From the NCBI GenBank assembly GCA_964350165.1, contig CAYGJA010000002.1:1-62702 (forward strand): a DNA stretch of 62,702 bases, read 5' to 3'. The notes under the pieces are model-generated. The model had not been told where the DNA came from. It saw only the letters and a program-made list of their open reading frames with translations, and did not search any database. This DNA comes from an uncultured Candidatus Saccharibacteria bacterium. Lineage in GTDB: Bacteria; Patescibacteriota; Minisyncoccia; Phycocordibacterales; UBA1006. Positions within the stretch are counted from its first letter, which is position 1, and every line of letters starts with the position of its first letter. Positions 16,784 to 26,430 of this stretch are shown in pieces. Position numbers and translations under genes: made by a program.

Positions 16784-18988
16784 TTAGAGCTCTCCTTTGC
16801 CATCGCCTCCTTCGTTTTGATATTTACTAAAGTGCATGGCGTCTTTGGATGAATTCCATTCCCCACCCCATCCCCAACCTTCTGCTTTCCAGATATTCAC
16901 AAACCAGGCGGGCATGTCTGTCTTGAGTGTGGTTTCCTCAAAAGGGTTTGTTGACCAGTTAATATCAATAGCAACACCAAATGCATGTTTTGATATTTTT
17001 GGTGGTGTGTGTTGTGTTCCATCTGGTTTTTTGATCATTCGACAGCAGTATCCGCCTACCTGTGTAATATCGTATGACTGTCCAGCCGCCCGAAGAGCGG
17101 CGTTGATTCTGTTGATGCTTGGGGTTAGACTTTTGTGCACCTTAGTGGCACCACCGTTGCCAATAGTGACAATATCAACGGCACTTGGATCACATGCTGG
17201 TACCGAGTAGCTTTGTCCGGTGTTTTTATCAGTAAGTTGTATGTCTGGTACGTTCTGCTGTGCCCATCTAATAAAGGCGGGGTCGGTGCAACTGTTACCG
17301 TCGTTAGGAATATCTTCAGGGGATATTCCATTAAGAACAATACCCTCATCTCGTAGTTCGTACTCGAGACTCACCTGTTCTATGTTGGGGTTAATTCGAA
17401 GAAGGTCTGGGTTGATGGTGTTTAAGATAACAAAGACTCCTAGGGCTATTACTAGACCCAAAAGAGACTGAATGATTCTTTCTTTTGCATTTGATTTTTG
17501 TCCAATGACATCAGTGGTCATGTACTGAACCCCTGCAATGATTATCATAATAACTGCCAAAAGACCCACTAGGCCAATTAGAAAGGTCACCATTCTGTTT
17601 ACCCAGAAACCAATAGAAAACTGACCGGTAATTCTGTTCTCCCCCGCTTGAGAATCGGGGACGCCAATCGCCTCTAGGCCTGGAAGTGGCGCAAGAAGTT
17701 CGTAACAGTCTGGTTTTAATCTGCCGTAATCGGTTGGATCGTTTTGATTAACTGGAGGGATATAGCAAGGCGAGTTTTTGATGGAAGTTATATAGCCAGA
17801 CAAAAAAGGGTTATCTGCTATTTGGATAGGCGAAACCTTGGTGCATTCTTCGTCCAAACACTCAAAGCCTTGAGGCTTACCCTGCTCTCCCCATTCAGTG
17901 TCACATTCATCATCACAGAAATATACTATGTGACCACCTGTTTCTTGGGTGGCAGTAAAGAGTGGTGAACCCAATGTTAATCCAAATTTTTCTGGATCGG
18001 TAACTGGCCTGTTCTGGCTAAACCAATTAGCATCAGCCTGATCATTGCTAAGGAAATTTATTCTACACTGACGAATACCATTTCCTACCGCTGGCCCACA
18101 GCCTTCATCACCAAGAGTGTAAGCTGATTCATAAACAAAGACGTTAGAACTATTTCTTACAAACTCGCTTCTACCTGGGATTATTTTCAATCTAAAACGA
18201 TAAGGCAAAGGGGCGGTTCCAAACAATGGTTCGTATGTATTCTGGTACCAACCATAACCAATTTGCCCAACAGATTTGTCGCAATCTTTAAAAATAGCGC
18301 GCACTTTTACAACGGGCTGGTCGTCATCTGAGTAAAAACCTGATGACTGCATGCCTGGCGTTAAAGGGGTCTCTGCGCCGGTTTCTTTGTTTACGTTGAA
18401 TAACTGTAGATTCTTTGTCCTACAAACAACAAAATCTTCATTTTTTTCCCAAATTTGACCCCCTACTACGTTCCAGTCTGCGGTACTAATTACTTCTCCT
18501 GGTGTTAATTTGAATTTAATTTCGTCGGTGTCGTCGTCGGCTTGCAAGTTCCCGTCCGCATCAAATATCTTTGCAATACCTTCGTATTTGCAACTTACTA
18601 CGGAGGTGGGGTTAGAAGCACATCCTTTGTTGGTTATTTGAAAATTTGTTTTTAGAGTTCCATAACTATAAGGACTTACATAGTCTCTTTGAAACACTAG
18701 TTCTCCACTATTTATTTCAAAAACTTGAAACTGCATGGTGATTCCCTCGCAGTCTCCTTCAAAATGGGCGAACATCTGAACCTCGGGGAGATGGTTCGAA
18801 TTGTAGAACTGACTAGGGTGAATTGTTTCTCTATCAAAATTAACATTATAGGTCAGGGAGTCGTTACCAAAGGCGCAAGGGTCGTTTTGAGCTTGAGCCG
18901 ATCCTATAAAAGAGAAAAAAAACAAAAAAAATAGTACCAGAAAACCAAGGCTGGTGGCGTAAGATGGTTTTTTTTGTGCAAAAATCAT
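16784..18988 (-). CDS. Patescibacterial T4SS pilin (VirB2/TrbC-like) fused to an M15 peptidoglycan peptidase
   Basis: Pilin motif AVIMIIIAGVQYMT...AKERI...GLVIAL...ILNTINPDLL; C-terminal SKHAFGVAIDIN and WGGEW...DAMHF. Confidence 0.8.
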   Translation of the reverse strand: MIFAQKKPSYATSLGFLVLFFLFFFSFIGSAQAQNDPCAFGNDSLTYNVNFDRETIHPSQFYNSNHLPEVQMFAHFEGDCEGITMQFQVFEINSGELVFQRDYVSPYSYGTLKTNFQITNKGCASNPTSVVSCKYEGIAKIFDADGNLQADDDTDEIKFKLTPGEVISTADWNVVGGQIWEKNEDFVVCRTKNLQLFNVNKETGAETPLTPGMQSSGFYSDDDQPVVKVRAIFKDCDKSVGQIGYGWYQNTYEPLFGTAPLPYRFRLKIIPGRSEFVRNSSNVFVYESAYTLGDEGCGPAVGNGIRQCRINFLSNDQADANWFSQNRPVTDPEKFGLTLGSPLFTATQETGGHIVYFCDDECDTEWGEQGKPQGFECLDEECTKVSPIQIADNPFLSGYITSIKNSPCYIPPVNQNDPTDYGRLKPDCYELLAPLPGLEAIGVPDSQAGENRITGQFSIGFWVNRMVTFLIGLVGLLAVIMIIIAGVQYMTTDVIGQKSNAKERIIQSLLGLVIALGVFVILNTINPDLLRINPNIEQVSLEYELRDEGIVLNGISPEDIPNDGNSCTDPAFIRWAQQNVPDIQLTDKNTGQSYSVPACDPSAVDIVTIGNGGATKVHKSLTPSINRINAALRAAGQSYDITQVGGYCCRMIKKPDGTQHTPPKISKHAFGVAIDINWSTNPFEETTLKTDMPAWFVNIWKAEGWGWGGEWNSSKDAMHFSKYQNEGGDGKGEL

Positions 18989-18992
18989 ATCG

Positions 18993-20000
18993 TTATTGTA
19001 TCACGCGAGCTGTGGCTACTGGTGATATTTGAAAAGGTTTAGACCGATTAGAAACAGCTACGCCGATTTCGGCAACTTGCTGTCCTGTGAATTCTACTGG
19101 AAGCTCATTTGGTATTGGTGAAGATGTTTTTCCGATAGTTTTCGCATTTACGATCCAATCAAAGTTAAGAAGGCCTAAGAGTTCTCTTTTTGCAGAAAAA
19201 AAGTAGGGCTCAGCTCGTAGAACCAGGTCCTGATTGTTTGTTGCTGGCGTTAGGGTGTTGGCATTTCTAAGACCGACACCTTGTTTATACAAAACAACTT
19301 CAGGATCAACTATGTTGATGGCCACACTTGCTTCGGCTGTGGTGAGGCCGTCCCTATGAACCACTTTGAGGTCTATAATTTCTTCTCTAGTCAAGAAGTC
19401 GTTTCTAATTACCAATGGGTTTTCCCCAAAACCAGACGAATCGGGTAGATTAGTGTTGTTCTGTGTCCAATTGAATACAATTTTTTTTTCTTGAGATTGG
19501 GCGCCTTCGTTTTTTAGATTTGGAAGTCCTACTATTTTAATAAAGCTTTCGGGGGTTGGCAGGGCTTTGCCTCGATAAAAAGGAGGGGTATAGGTGTCTG
19601 CTTGCCAAAGAATATCGAGATCGGCTGGAGCAATTTGAATCCATTTTCTAAGATTGGTACCACTGTCTACTTGGATATAGGCCTCAATTGAGGTTAATTC
19701 CCCCTGAGAACCGGTTGTTGTTTGTATCTCTGTTTCTCCTGTGCCACTAAGGACTATCTCCCCATTAACAAACCAGGTAATACGCAATCTATTAACATTA
19801 ATAATATAGCTTTCTAGAGAAACCGTTATTTTTTCGTTTGTTCCCGGAGTTTTGGGGTCAATGTTCATGGAGATGTCTCGAGCTTCAATGGTCGAGCCAA
19901 AATTCTGCGCGTATGCCGAATGCAAAAAAAGAAAAGAAAACAGCGAACCAAACACTGTCATGGCTACACATAGAATGATTTTTTTTCTAGCCCTTATCAT
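18993..20000 (-). CDS. Secreted Ig-like hypothetical protein of the T4SS cluster
   Basis: Signal peptide; beta-rich with ITWFVNG and LWQADTYTPPFYRGKALP; TATAAT 6 nt before ATG. Confidence 0.6.
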   Translation of the reverse strand: MIRARKKIILCVAMTVFGSLFSFLFLHSAYAQNFGSTIEARDISMNIDPKTPGTNEKITVSLESYIINVNRLRITWFVNGEIVLSGTGETEIQTTTGSQGELTSIEAYIQVDSGTNLRKWIQIAPADLDILWQADTYTPPFYRGKALPTPESFIKIVGLPNLKNEGAQSQEKKIVFNWTQNNTNLPDSSGFGENPLVIRNDFLTREEIIDLKVVHRDGLTTAEASVAINIVDPEVVLYKQGVGLRNANTLTPATNNQDLVLRAEPYFFSAKRELLGLLNFDWIVNAKTIGKTSSPIPNELPVEFTGQQVAEIGVAVSNRSKPFQISPVATARVIQ

Positions 20001-20023
20001 GACGTTATTATAAGCCGACCTTG

Positions 20024-21871
20024 TTAGTTTACAAAATCATTTTTTGTATCCACATTTTCTCGATATTCGTCTTTTGATTTACTGATGGACATGAGCTGGG
20101 CTGGGTCAGAGGTAATAATCTGATCCTCGGTGTAGCTCGCTATTATTTTAATGGCTGCGTGCTTGAGGCCGGCAAAGAAAATCCCCTCTCCCCTGTTGGA
20201 TTCCAGTAAAAGATATTTTTCTTCCTCAGTCAGGTTAAAGACTTTTTGTAGATCGTCTATTGTGGATGGTGACTGCTTGAGAAGAATCTGAATAGAAGAG
20301 TTTGTGATAATAGGCACGCCATATTTTGACTTCATAAAGTCTCCCACGTCTTGGGTGATGGTGGCTAGCCCGAGATAGTATTTACGACCACGCTTGGCTA
20401 GGCTAAACAGGAACGAGGCAGTGTCGTCGTTTTTCATCATCCACCAAGCTTCATCTACCACCAGAAGGCGTTTGCGCAAGTCTTTGCGAACCGCAGACCA
20501 GATATAGTTGGTGATAATGTACATCGCCGCTGGTTTTAGTTCGTCCTCCATGTCGCGAATAGAAAAAACAACTAGTTTTTTATTGATACTGACGTTGCTG
20601 GGTGAGTTGATGAAACCAGCCCAAGAACCCTTGGTGTATTTCTCCAATCGAGCCGAAAGCGATTCACTGCCCTCCATGCTGTTGAGTACCATTTCAAAGT
20701 CAGACATCAGTGGCGGCTCTAGATTGCTAAAGTCTTTGTTGGGGGTGATGTCTTTAAGGGCGTAAGTTTCGGTGATGGCTCTATCTACCACAGAGTCTTC
20801 TTCTGGCGAAAGTCCACCAAGCAAGATGCGGAAAAGACCAACTAGATGAATAACATGAGAACGAAGGACGTCTTCCGGAGACTCGTCTGGCAAGGGCTGA
20901 GGTAGGTCGAAGGGATTGATGTGGTGTTCTGAAGACAGCGAAATATTAAAGTACCTCCCCCCTACTGCTTCGGCAAGGAATTCGTATTCTCTTTCTGGGT
21001 CGATGATAATAACTTCGGTGTCGAACATCATCGTGCGCAGAATTTCTAGTTTGGTGGTGTATGATTTTCCGGCGCCAGATTTTGCGAAAATAACCGAGTT
21101 GTAGTTTTCGAGAGAAAAGCGATCAAATAAAATCAAGCCATTGTTGTGGCGATTGATGCCGTACAAAATCCCCTGTTCCGAAGAAAGATCTGATGAAATA
21201 AAAGGAAAAAAAGACGACAAAGGACCAGAGTTCATTTTTATATTTACCCCTAATTCATCCCGGGCAATAGGGTTTACTGAATGAAATCCTTGGACCTGTT
21301 GATACAAGGCGGGTTTTACGTATACCAACCTTGATTCAAAAATTGTTTTGATTTCATTTTCTAGGGCGCTCAATTCTTTTTCATTGTTGGCGTAGATTGT
21401 TACATAAAGACCAACATCAAACATTTTTTCTTGAGCTTGTTGTAGCTGATTGCGAAGCTGTTCTAGGTCACGCACGGCGGTATCCAACATTGGATCACGC
21501 ACCATACCTTTTTCTTGTCGAAGATTAATCTGACTCTGGACCTCGGCTACTTTTTTTTGAAACTTACGAAGAATTTTTTCGGTTGGAATGGGGTTTATTT
21601 GAATAGAAAGGTCAAATTTTTGGTCAAGATTAATTACTGGCCCAAGCCAACCAGAAACCAGAAAGCGCGGGTAAGAAATTATAAAGTAGCTACGAGCCAA
21701 TTGGTCACCGATGGTTAGTGCCTTGGTGTCTATTTTTATAGCAGAAGGGGCTAGAATATCCTGGAGCTCTAGTTTTGCTGTTTCGTATACTTCTTGGGGT
21801 AGAACGGGCATTATTTGCGCACTCTCTGCAGAAGTATCCTTTTTTTTGAATATATTAGATAGAAAACTCAT
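20024..21871 (-). CDS. VirB4/TraE-like conjugal-transfer ATPase
   Basis: YGINRHN, IFAKSGAGKS Walker A, IIDPEREY, VVDEAW Walker B, RGRKY, TITQDV. Confidence 0.88.
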   Translation of the reverse strand: MSFLSNIFKKKDTSAESAQIMPVLPQEVYETAKLELQDILAPSAIKIDTKALTIGDQLARSYFIISYPRFLVSGWLGPVINLDQKFDLSIQINPIPTEKILRKFQKKVAEVQSQINLRQEKGMVRDPMLDTAVRDLEQLRNQLQQAQEKMFDVGLYVTIYANNEKELSALENEIKTIFESRLVYVKPALYQQVQGFHSVNPIARDELGVNIKMNSGPLSSFFPFISSDLSSEQGILYGINRHNNGLILFDRFSLENYNSVIFAKSGAGKSYTTKLEILRTMMFDTEVIIIDPEREYEFLAEAVGGRYFNISLSSEHHINPFDLPQPLPDESPEDVLRSHVIHLVGLFRILLGGLSPEEDSVVDRAITETYALKDITPNKDFSNLEPPLMSDFEMVLNSMEGSESLSARLEKYTKGSWAGFINSPSNVSINKKLVVFSIRDMEDELKPAAMYIITNYIWSAVRKDLRKRLLVVDEAWWMMKNDDTASFLFSLAKRGRKYYLGLATITQDVGDFMKSKYGVPIITNSSIQILLKQSPSTIDDLQKVFNLTEEEKYLLLESNRGEGIFFAGLKHAAIKIIASYTEDQIITSDPAQLMSISKSKDEYRENVDTKNDFVN

Positions 21872-21873
21872 AT

Positions 21874-22509
21874 TTATTTTACTTTTTCTTCAAAACGAGC
21901 CCCTCCTCCCTGTTGTTCTCCGGGGTTGTAGATCTGATAATAAACCTCGATTAATTCCTGGGTTCCTAATTGGACACCTCGTAATCCAACGCTCGCCAGT
22001 CCCTGTTGAACAATTTCCGCACGCTGTTCTAGTTGTGTTCTGGCTTCTTCAAAACGAAAAGTGTCAGTTTGGCTTGTTCCTCCCAGTTTGCTTATAAACC
22101 CAAAAACCCCCCCTTCTTTTTTGGTGATTGCAGCATCATAAGGAATAACAACAAAAAAACTCTTGCGCATGATGTTTGTTTGATCGGTGAACCAGCGAAT
22201 GAATTCGATATATTCTTTTATTTGTATTTGAAGTAATTCTTCAGGGATTTCTTTAGACCTTTTTTCTAGAGTAGCAAGATAAGGGGCGATGTTTAAATTT
22301 CTTGATTTTATAAAGAATTGAATGGGAAACTCCAAAGAATTAAGTAGCCTTTGAAATTGATTTATTAGGGCGTTCTGTTCTTCATCGGATTTCAGCTCAA
22401 AATTCACTGAAGATATCATGATAATGCTTCTTAATCCGCCGTCTTTGAGAACAACGACTCCATCGCGAACCTCATCTATCGGAATAAAGTTTTGTGTGGG
22501 AGCGCTCAT
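21874..22509 (-). CDS. VirB4 N-terminal-like (TraC-type) T4SS accessory protein
   Basis: TQNFIPIDEVRDGVVVLKDG, SVNFELKS.EEQ, FFVVIPY; between PrgI and VirB4. Confidence 0.65.
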   Translation of the reverse strand: MSAPTQNFIPIDEVRDGVVVLKDGGLRSIIMISSVNFELKSDEEQNALINQFQRLLNSLEFPIQFFIKSRNLNIAPYLATLEKRSKEIPEELLQIQIKEYIEFIRWFTDQTNIMRKSFFVVIPYDAAITKKEGGVFGFISKLGGTSQTDTFRFEEARTQLEQRAEIVQQGLASVGLRGVQLGTQELIEVYYQIYNPGEQQGGGARFEEKVK

Positions 22510-22511
22510 AT

Positions 22512-22925
22512 TTATTTTTTGCTATCGTCCAGAACATCAAGACTCCAGGATAATTCTCGTAAATTACTTTGTGGCTGTTGTTTGTGTTTTGGGGCTAATT
22601 CAATCGAGGGAGCCAATACTTCTTTTTTGATATTTTTGTTATTGTAATCTTTTTGCCATAAAAACATTTTTGCCGAAAAAAGATGCTGAACATACGCCTG
22701 CACTATTTTGATAAAGGATTGCCCATTAATTTTATGAAAAGCCAATGCCAGAGTGAGTGCAGCCGTAGGGAGGGCGAGGATAAAGGCTATGACCTGAGGG
22801 GTAAGTTGAATATAAAGATAGATAAGCCCCCCTCCCCCGGCAAGGTAGACGAATTGTTTTATGGTGAGAGGTCCAAAGAGTTTGTCTTCTACGTCAATAA
22901 ATTGAGGTACCTGAAACTGTTGCAT
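22512..22925 (-). CDS. PrgI family (VirB3-like) protein
   Basis: QFQVPQFIDVEDKLFGPLTIKQF followed by two TM helices. Confidence 0.85.
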   Translation of the reverse strand: MQQFQVPQFIDVEDKLFGPLTIKQFVYLAGGGGLIYLYIQLTPQVIAFILALPTAALTLALAFHKINGQSFIKIVQAYVQHLFSAKMFLWQKDYNNKNIKKEVLAPSIELAPKHKQQPQSNLRELSWSLDVLDDSKK

Positions 22926-22943
22926 ACAGACAGTATAGCATCG

Positions 22944-23465
22944 CTACACTGTCTCTTGGTAGGGGTCTGTTGGTTGTTTCTCTTCGGGTACAAATCCCGG
23001 CTTGTTTGGAATTCCTTTTAATACACTCTCTAGGTCCGTTTCCTCCGGCTTCTCTCCCCAGTCCACTTGATTGTTTGGCATGATGGTAATGTTTGAAGCG
23101 GCGAAGGGGTCGGTTTTTTGTTGCGTGTCTGTTTTTTGAACAGAAAGACCTTCGATTGGTTGTCTGCTTTTTACATACTCGAGCACTGGAACAAATACTT
23201 CTTTGTTTAACAATTTAATAACTTCATTATTTTTTTCTGGAAAAAGATTTTTCACTTCTTCGTTTAATTCTCGAGCAGAAGCAAGACCAACGAGAACAAA
23301 ATCAATAACCGTGCGGAGTTCGTCTAACTTGTCTAAGTGAAAATGAAAAGTTTCCTTGAGGTTAATAATCGCTTGATCAATATTGATTTGGTCCATAGCA
23401 AGGATTACTCGTTGGTCAACGTTTGCGTAGGCATCGTTTATTTCTTTGGCGGTGAATGATCTCAT
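22944..23465 (-). CDS. Hypothetical protein of the T4SS cluster
   Basis: 173-aa ORF tightly packed between PrgI and the VirB6-like gene; ends DPYQETV. Confidence 0.65.
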   Translation of the reverse strand: MRSFTAKEINDAYANVDQRVILAMDQINIDQAIINLKETFHFHLDKLDELRTVIDFVLVGLASARELNEEVKNLFPEKNNEVIKLLNKEVFVPVLEYVKSRQPIEGLSVQKTDTQQKTDPFAASNITIMPNNQVDWGEKPEETDLESVLKGIPNKPGFVPEEKQPTDPYQETV

Positions 23466-23470
23466 GACTA

Positions 23471-26299
23471 TTAACTCCTGGCAGCGTTAATTCTGGTAGT
23501 TAGGTTTGCCTGTTGGTCTAGATTTTGTGAAAGATTTGTTTGTTCGCTAGACAAAAGACTTCGTTCTCGGTTAAGTCGGTTGAGCCTGCGTCTTTGATCG
23601 GCGTCGAGAGTACCGGTTGCGCTATTTGCTACAGCTTCAGAAATAGCTCTGATTTCAACGTCAATAGCGCTGATTTTTCCACTTACAGTAGCTGTTAACT
23701 GTCTCATTCCCGCACGAACAGCATCACGCTCGGCTGGCTGGTTCAGCAATCGTTTAGCTTTTTTGAGCTGATCGGGCTGTACTGAATCTAAGGCAGCACG
23801 AAGCTGTGAAGGGGTCATATTTATCAATTGATCCTCGGTGAATGTTTGTTGTAGATGATAGTATCTCCCCAAGGTATCGTTTAGATCTTCTAGTTGAGTG
23901 CTCAGGGTTGATATGAGGTTTTGATTTCGGCTGTCTTTTGCTAGCTCGGCTTGGGTTCTGCGTGCGTATTCTTCACTGGCACTTGCTCTTGACCCCCTAG
24001 CAAAATCGTCTGTACGATTAATGGCATCTCTTTGTTCAGCAGCTAGCATGCTTCTGGTTTCAGAGTTTATCTCGGCAGAAGTCTGCATTCTTCGATAAGT
24101 AGATGCTTTGGGAAGATTATTTTGTTGTCGCTCTCTTTCCTCGTTTTCCCAATTAGCTGCAACGTCGGTTCTGTCGGTAACTGCGATGGATCCAGTATCA
24201 CTGGCTATTCCATCTGCATCAACATTCCTGAGCACCTGACCATTGTTATAGCTCGCATCAAAATCTCGTCGAAGTTCTGTTGCTAGATATGCTCGGTCTG
24301 CGTCTGTGGTGGTGGCATTATTCCAATAAGTAGACTGTTCGAGCTGTTCCTGAAGGTGTTCAAAGCGTACTTCTCGAAGACGGTCGGCGACACGTTCACC
24401 AATGATGTCTCCTGTTTGTGTAGGGTCAATTGCACCAGTATCATTATCATATCCTTTGATCTCTTTTCCTTGTTCGTAATTTTCATCAAATTCTCGACGC
24501 ATGTTCTGTAATTCCAAGAACTGGTCTTCTTGGTTGAGGTTTTTGTAATAACTTGTCGCTGTAAAGCTTGCTTCGGCAGTGGCTTTAGCTGACTCGTATT
24601 GTCTTGATGCATTAGGATCAAGTGCTCGGTTGTGTTCCTTGGCTTCTTCATCTCTTCTCCCAGCCTCGTTACCGGTCAGTAGAAGTCTTTGTTCTCGTCG
24701 TTCCAGTTGTTCTTTTCTTTTCTTTTTCCTGCCTTCGTAGCGTTCGTCATAGCTTTGGCCACCCATAAAACGAGTTCCTCCTATGGATGGCGCCGCTGTT
24801 CCGGTTAAAGCTCCCCCTGTTCGTACTGCCGACCCAAAAGACTGAGCGATCTTGTTGTCTCTAAGATCGAAATTAGATCTCGATACTCGCTCACTGGCAC
24901 CAAGGGTTCTTCTGGCTATGTTTTTACCGCCGAAGTTAAACTCCCTACCCCCTACCTTCATTTTGAGTCCGTTTCTGGCAATATTTTTGAGTTCTCCACT
25001 TTTCGAAAGAGCTCCAGCTGCTCCTCCTATTACCGTGGTTCCTGCCAAGGCAGCCCCACCAACAGCTATGCCAGCTGTAGTGGTAATTGATTTTGTCACC
25101 ACACTGGCTACCACTTCTCCAACTTTGCCCGACATTTTTTTTGCTTGAGACCTCCCCAGCACGAGGAACCCAATAACCAAAGCAAAAGGAATAGCTACGC
25201 TCATAAAAATTTGTGACAATGATGAACCGCCGGTTACGTTTGGGTTTATAGGTATTCCAATCGCCAGGAATTTGATGGTCAAATACATGAAGAATATGAA
25301 AAGCGGCGCCATAAAAGAATAGTTTATGAGAGCACCAATCCAGCTTTGGAATCCAATATAAGGTATTGCGTTTGCTTTGGGTAAGGCCAGACTCACAAAA
25401 GCAAAAGGAGAAAAAATCATAGAATAGTAAAGACCTACTATTCTGGCCAAGAAATAAACCGAAACCGAAATAAAAATATAAATAAGAAAAATATTGAAAA
25501 TAATAGAACCAACAATGGTAAGGATAAAGATATTCCCATTATCTTCTTTGTTTGAAAAATTAATACCACCGCTTTGATTTGGAGCAAGCAGTGCTTGCGG
25601 GTTGGCGAGACTGGTAAGCATTAATCCAACACTTTTGATTCCATCTGCACCAGTTAGATCTTCGTTGGCGTTTCCCCTTCCGACAAGTTCTATTTGGTTG
25701 TAGAGTGTTCGGGCCAAAATGTTTCCGGCATCAACAATTATTCTCGAAAAGAAAAGGCTAAAGTTAATAAGCAACGCCATTACTATAAGATAAATCAAGA
25801 GTTTTTTGCCATCTGCGCCACCAATACTTGCTTTAAGTACAAAAGAAAAAGCTATATAAATGAGGCCAAAAATAAAAAGTATATTGGTAATATCTCTAAC
25901 GATTTTCCAACCCTCGAGAATAAAACTCGTAGGAAGCTGATTGGCGTCTTTAATAGGTACTCCTCGATAGGTTCCGGCGTCTATTGAAAAGAATATAAAA
26001 AAATCAAGAAAACCAGCCGCCCTACCCGCCAACCAGTAGGTCGGTGTCCATACGACAAAGTAAAGAAATTGACCACCACAGCCAGTTACGGAAAAACCCT
26101 CAGCCAAGTTAAAACAAGAAGGCAGTGCATAAGTTGAAGCCAATGTTTCTTCGTTTTGTGGGTTGTAAGATTGAGCCAGAGCAGACGAAGAGGTGATCGC
26201 TATTTTTTCTTGAGACAAAGAGATAGAAAAAGGACCCAAGACAAAAGCCGCCAGAACAAGAGATAAGATGATTTTGGTGCTAATTTTTCTCAGGTGCAT
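23471..26299 (-). CDS. VirB6/TrbL-like polytopic membrane protein with a long charged C-terminus
   Basis: GWKIVRDITN, ALLINFSLFFSRIIVD, many TM helices, G/A-rich segment, then a coiled-coil-like tail. Confidence 0.65.
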   Translation of the reverse strand: MHLRKISTKIILSLVLAAFVLGPFSISLSQEKIAITSSSALAQSYNPQNEETLASTYALPSCFNLAEGFSVTGCGGQFLYFVVWTPTYWLAGRAAGFLDFFIFFSIDAGTYRGVPIKDANQLPTSFILEGWKIVRDITNILFIFGLIYIAFSFVLKASIGGADGKKLLIYLIVMALLINFSLFFSRIIVDAGNILARTLYNQIELVGRGNANEDLTGADGIKSVGLMLTSLANPQALLAPNQSGGINFSNKEDNGNIFILTIVGSIIFNIFLIYIFISVSVYFLARIVGLYYSMIFSPFAFVSLALPKANAIPYIGFQSWIGALINYSFMAPLFIFFMYLTIKFLAIGIPINPNVTGGSSLSQIFMSVAIPFALVIGFLVLGRSQAKKMSGKVGEVVASVVTKSITTTAGIAVGGAALAGTTVIGGAAGALSKSGELKNIARNGLKMKVGGREFNFGGKNIARRTLGASERVSRSNFDLRDNKIAQSFGSAVRTGGALTGTAAPSIGGTRFMGGQSYDERYEGRKKKRKEQLERREQRLLLTGNEAGRRDEEAKEHNRALDPNASRQYESAKATAEASFTATSYYKNLNQEDQFLELQNMRREFDENYEQGKEIKGYDNDTGAIDPTQTGDIIGERVADRLREVRFEHLQEQLEQSTYWNNATTTDADRAYLATELRRDFDASYNNGQVLRNVDADGIASDTGSIAVTDRTDVAANWENEERERQQNNLPKASTYRRMQTSAEINSETRSMLAAEQRDAINRTDDFARGSRASASEEYARRTQAELAKDSRNQNLISTLSTQLEDLNDTLGRYYHLQQTFTEDQLINMTPSQLRAALDSVQPDQLKKAKRLLNQPAERDAVRAGMRQLTATVSGKISAIDVEIRAISEAVANSATGTLDADQRRRLNRLNRERSLLSSEQTNLSQNLDQQANLTTRINAARS

Positions 26300-26376
26300 A
26301 TTTATTACAGTGAGCCCTGTATTGATACAATAAGTATACCCTACCCTTCCACCTGTCTAAATACAAGGGTGTTTGC

Positions 26377-26419
26377 AACACAAAAGCCCTTCGACACACA
26401 GTCGAGGGGCTTTTGTGTT
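26377..26419. terminator. Long inverted repeat, terminator
   Basis: AACACAAAAGCCCTTCGAC-acaca-GTCGAGGGGCTTTTGTGTT, 19-bp stem with one wobble. Confidence 0.75.
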
Positions 26420-26430
26420 ATTTGTTTTTA

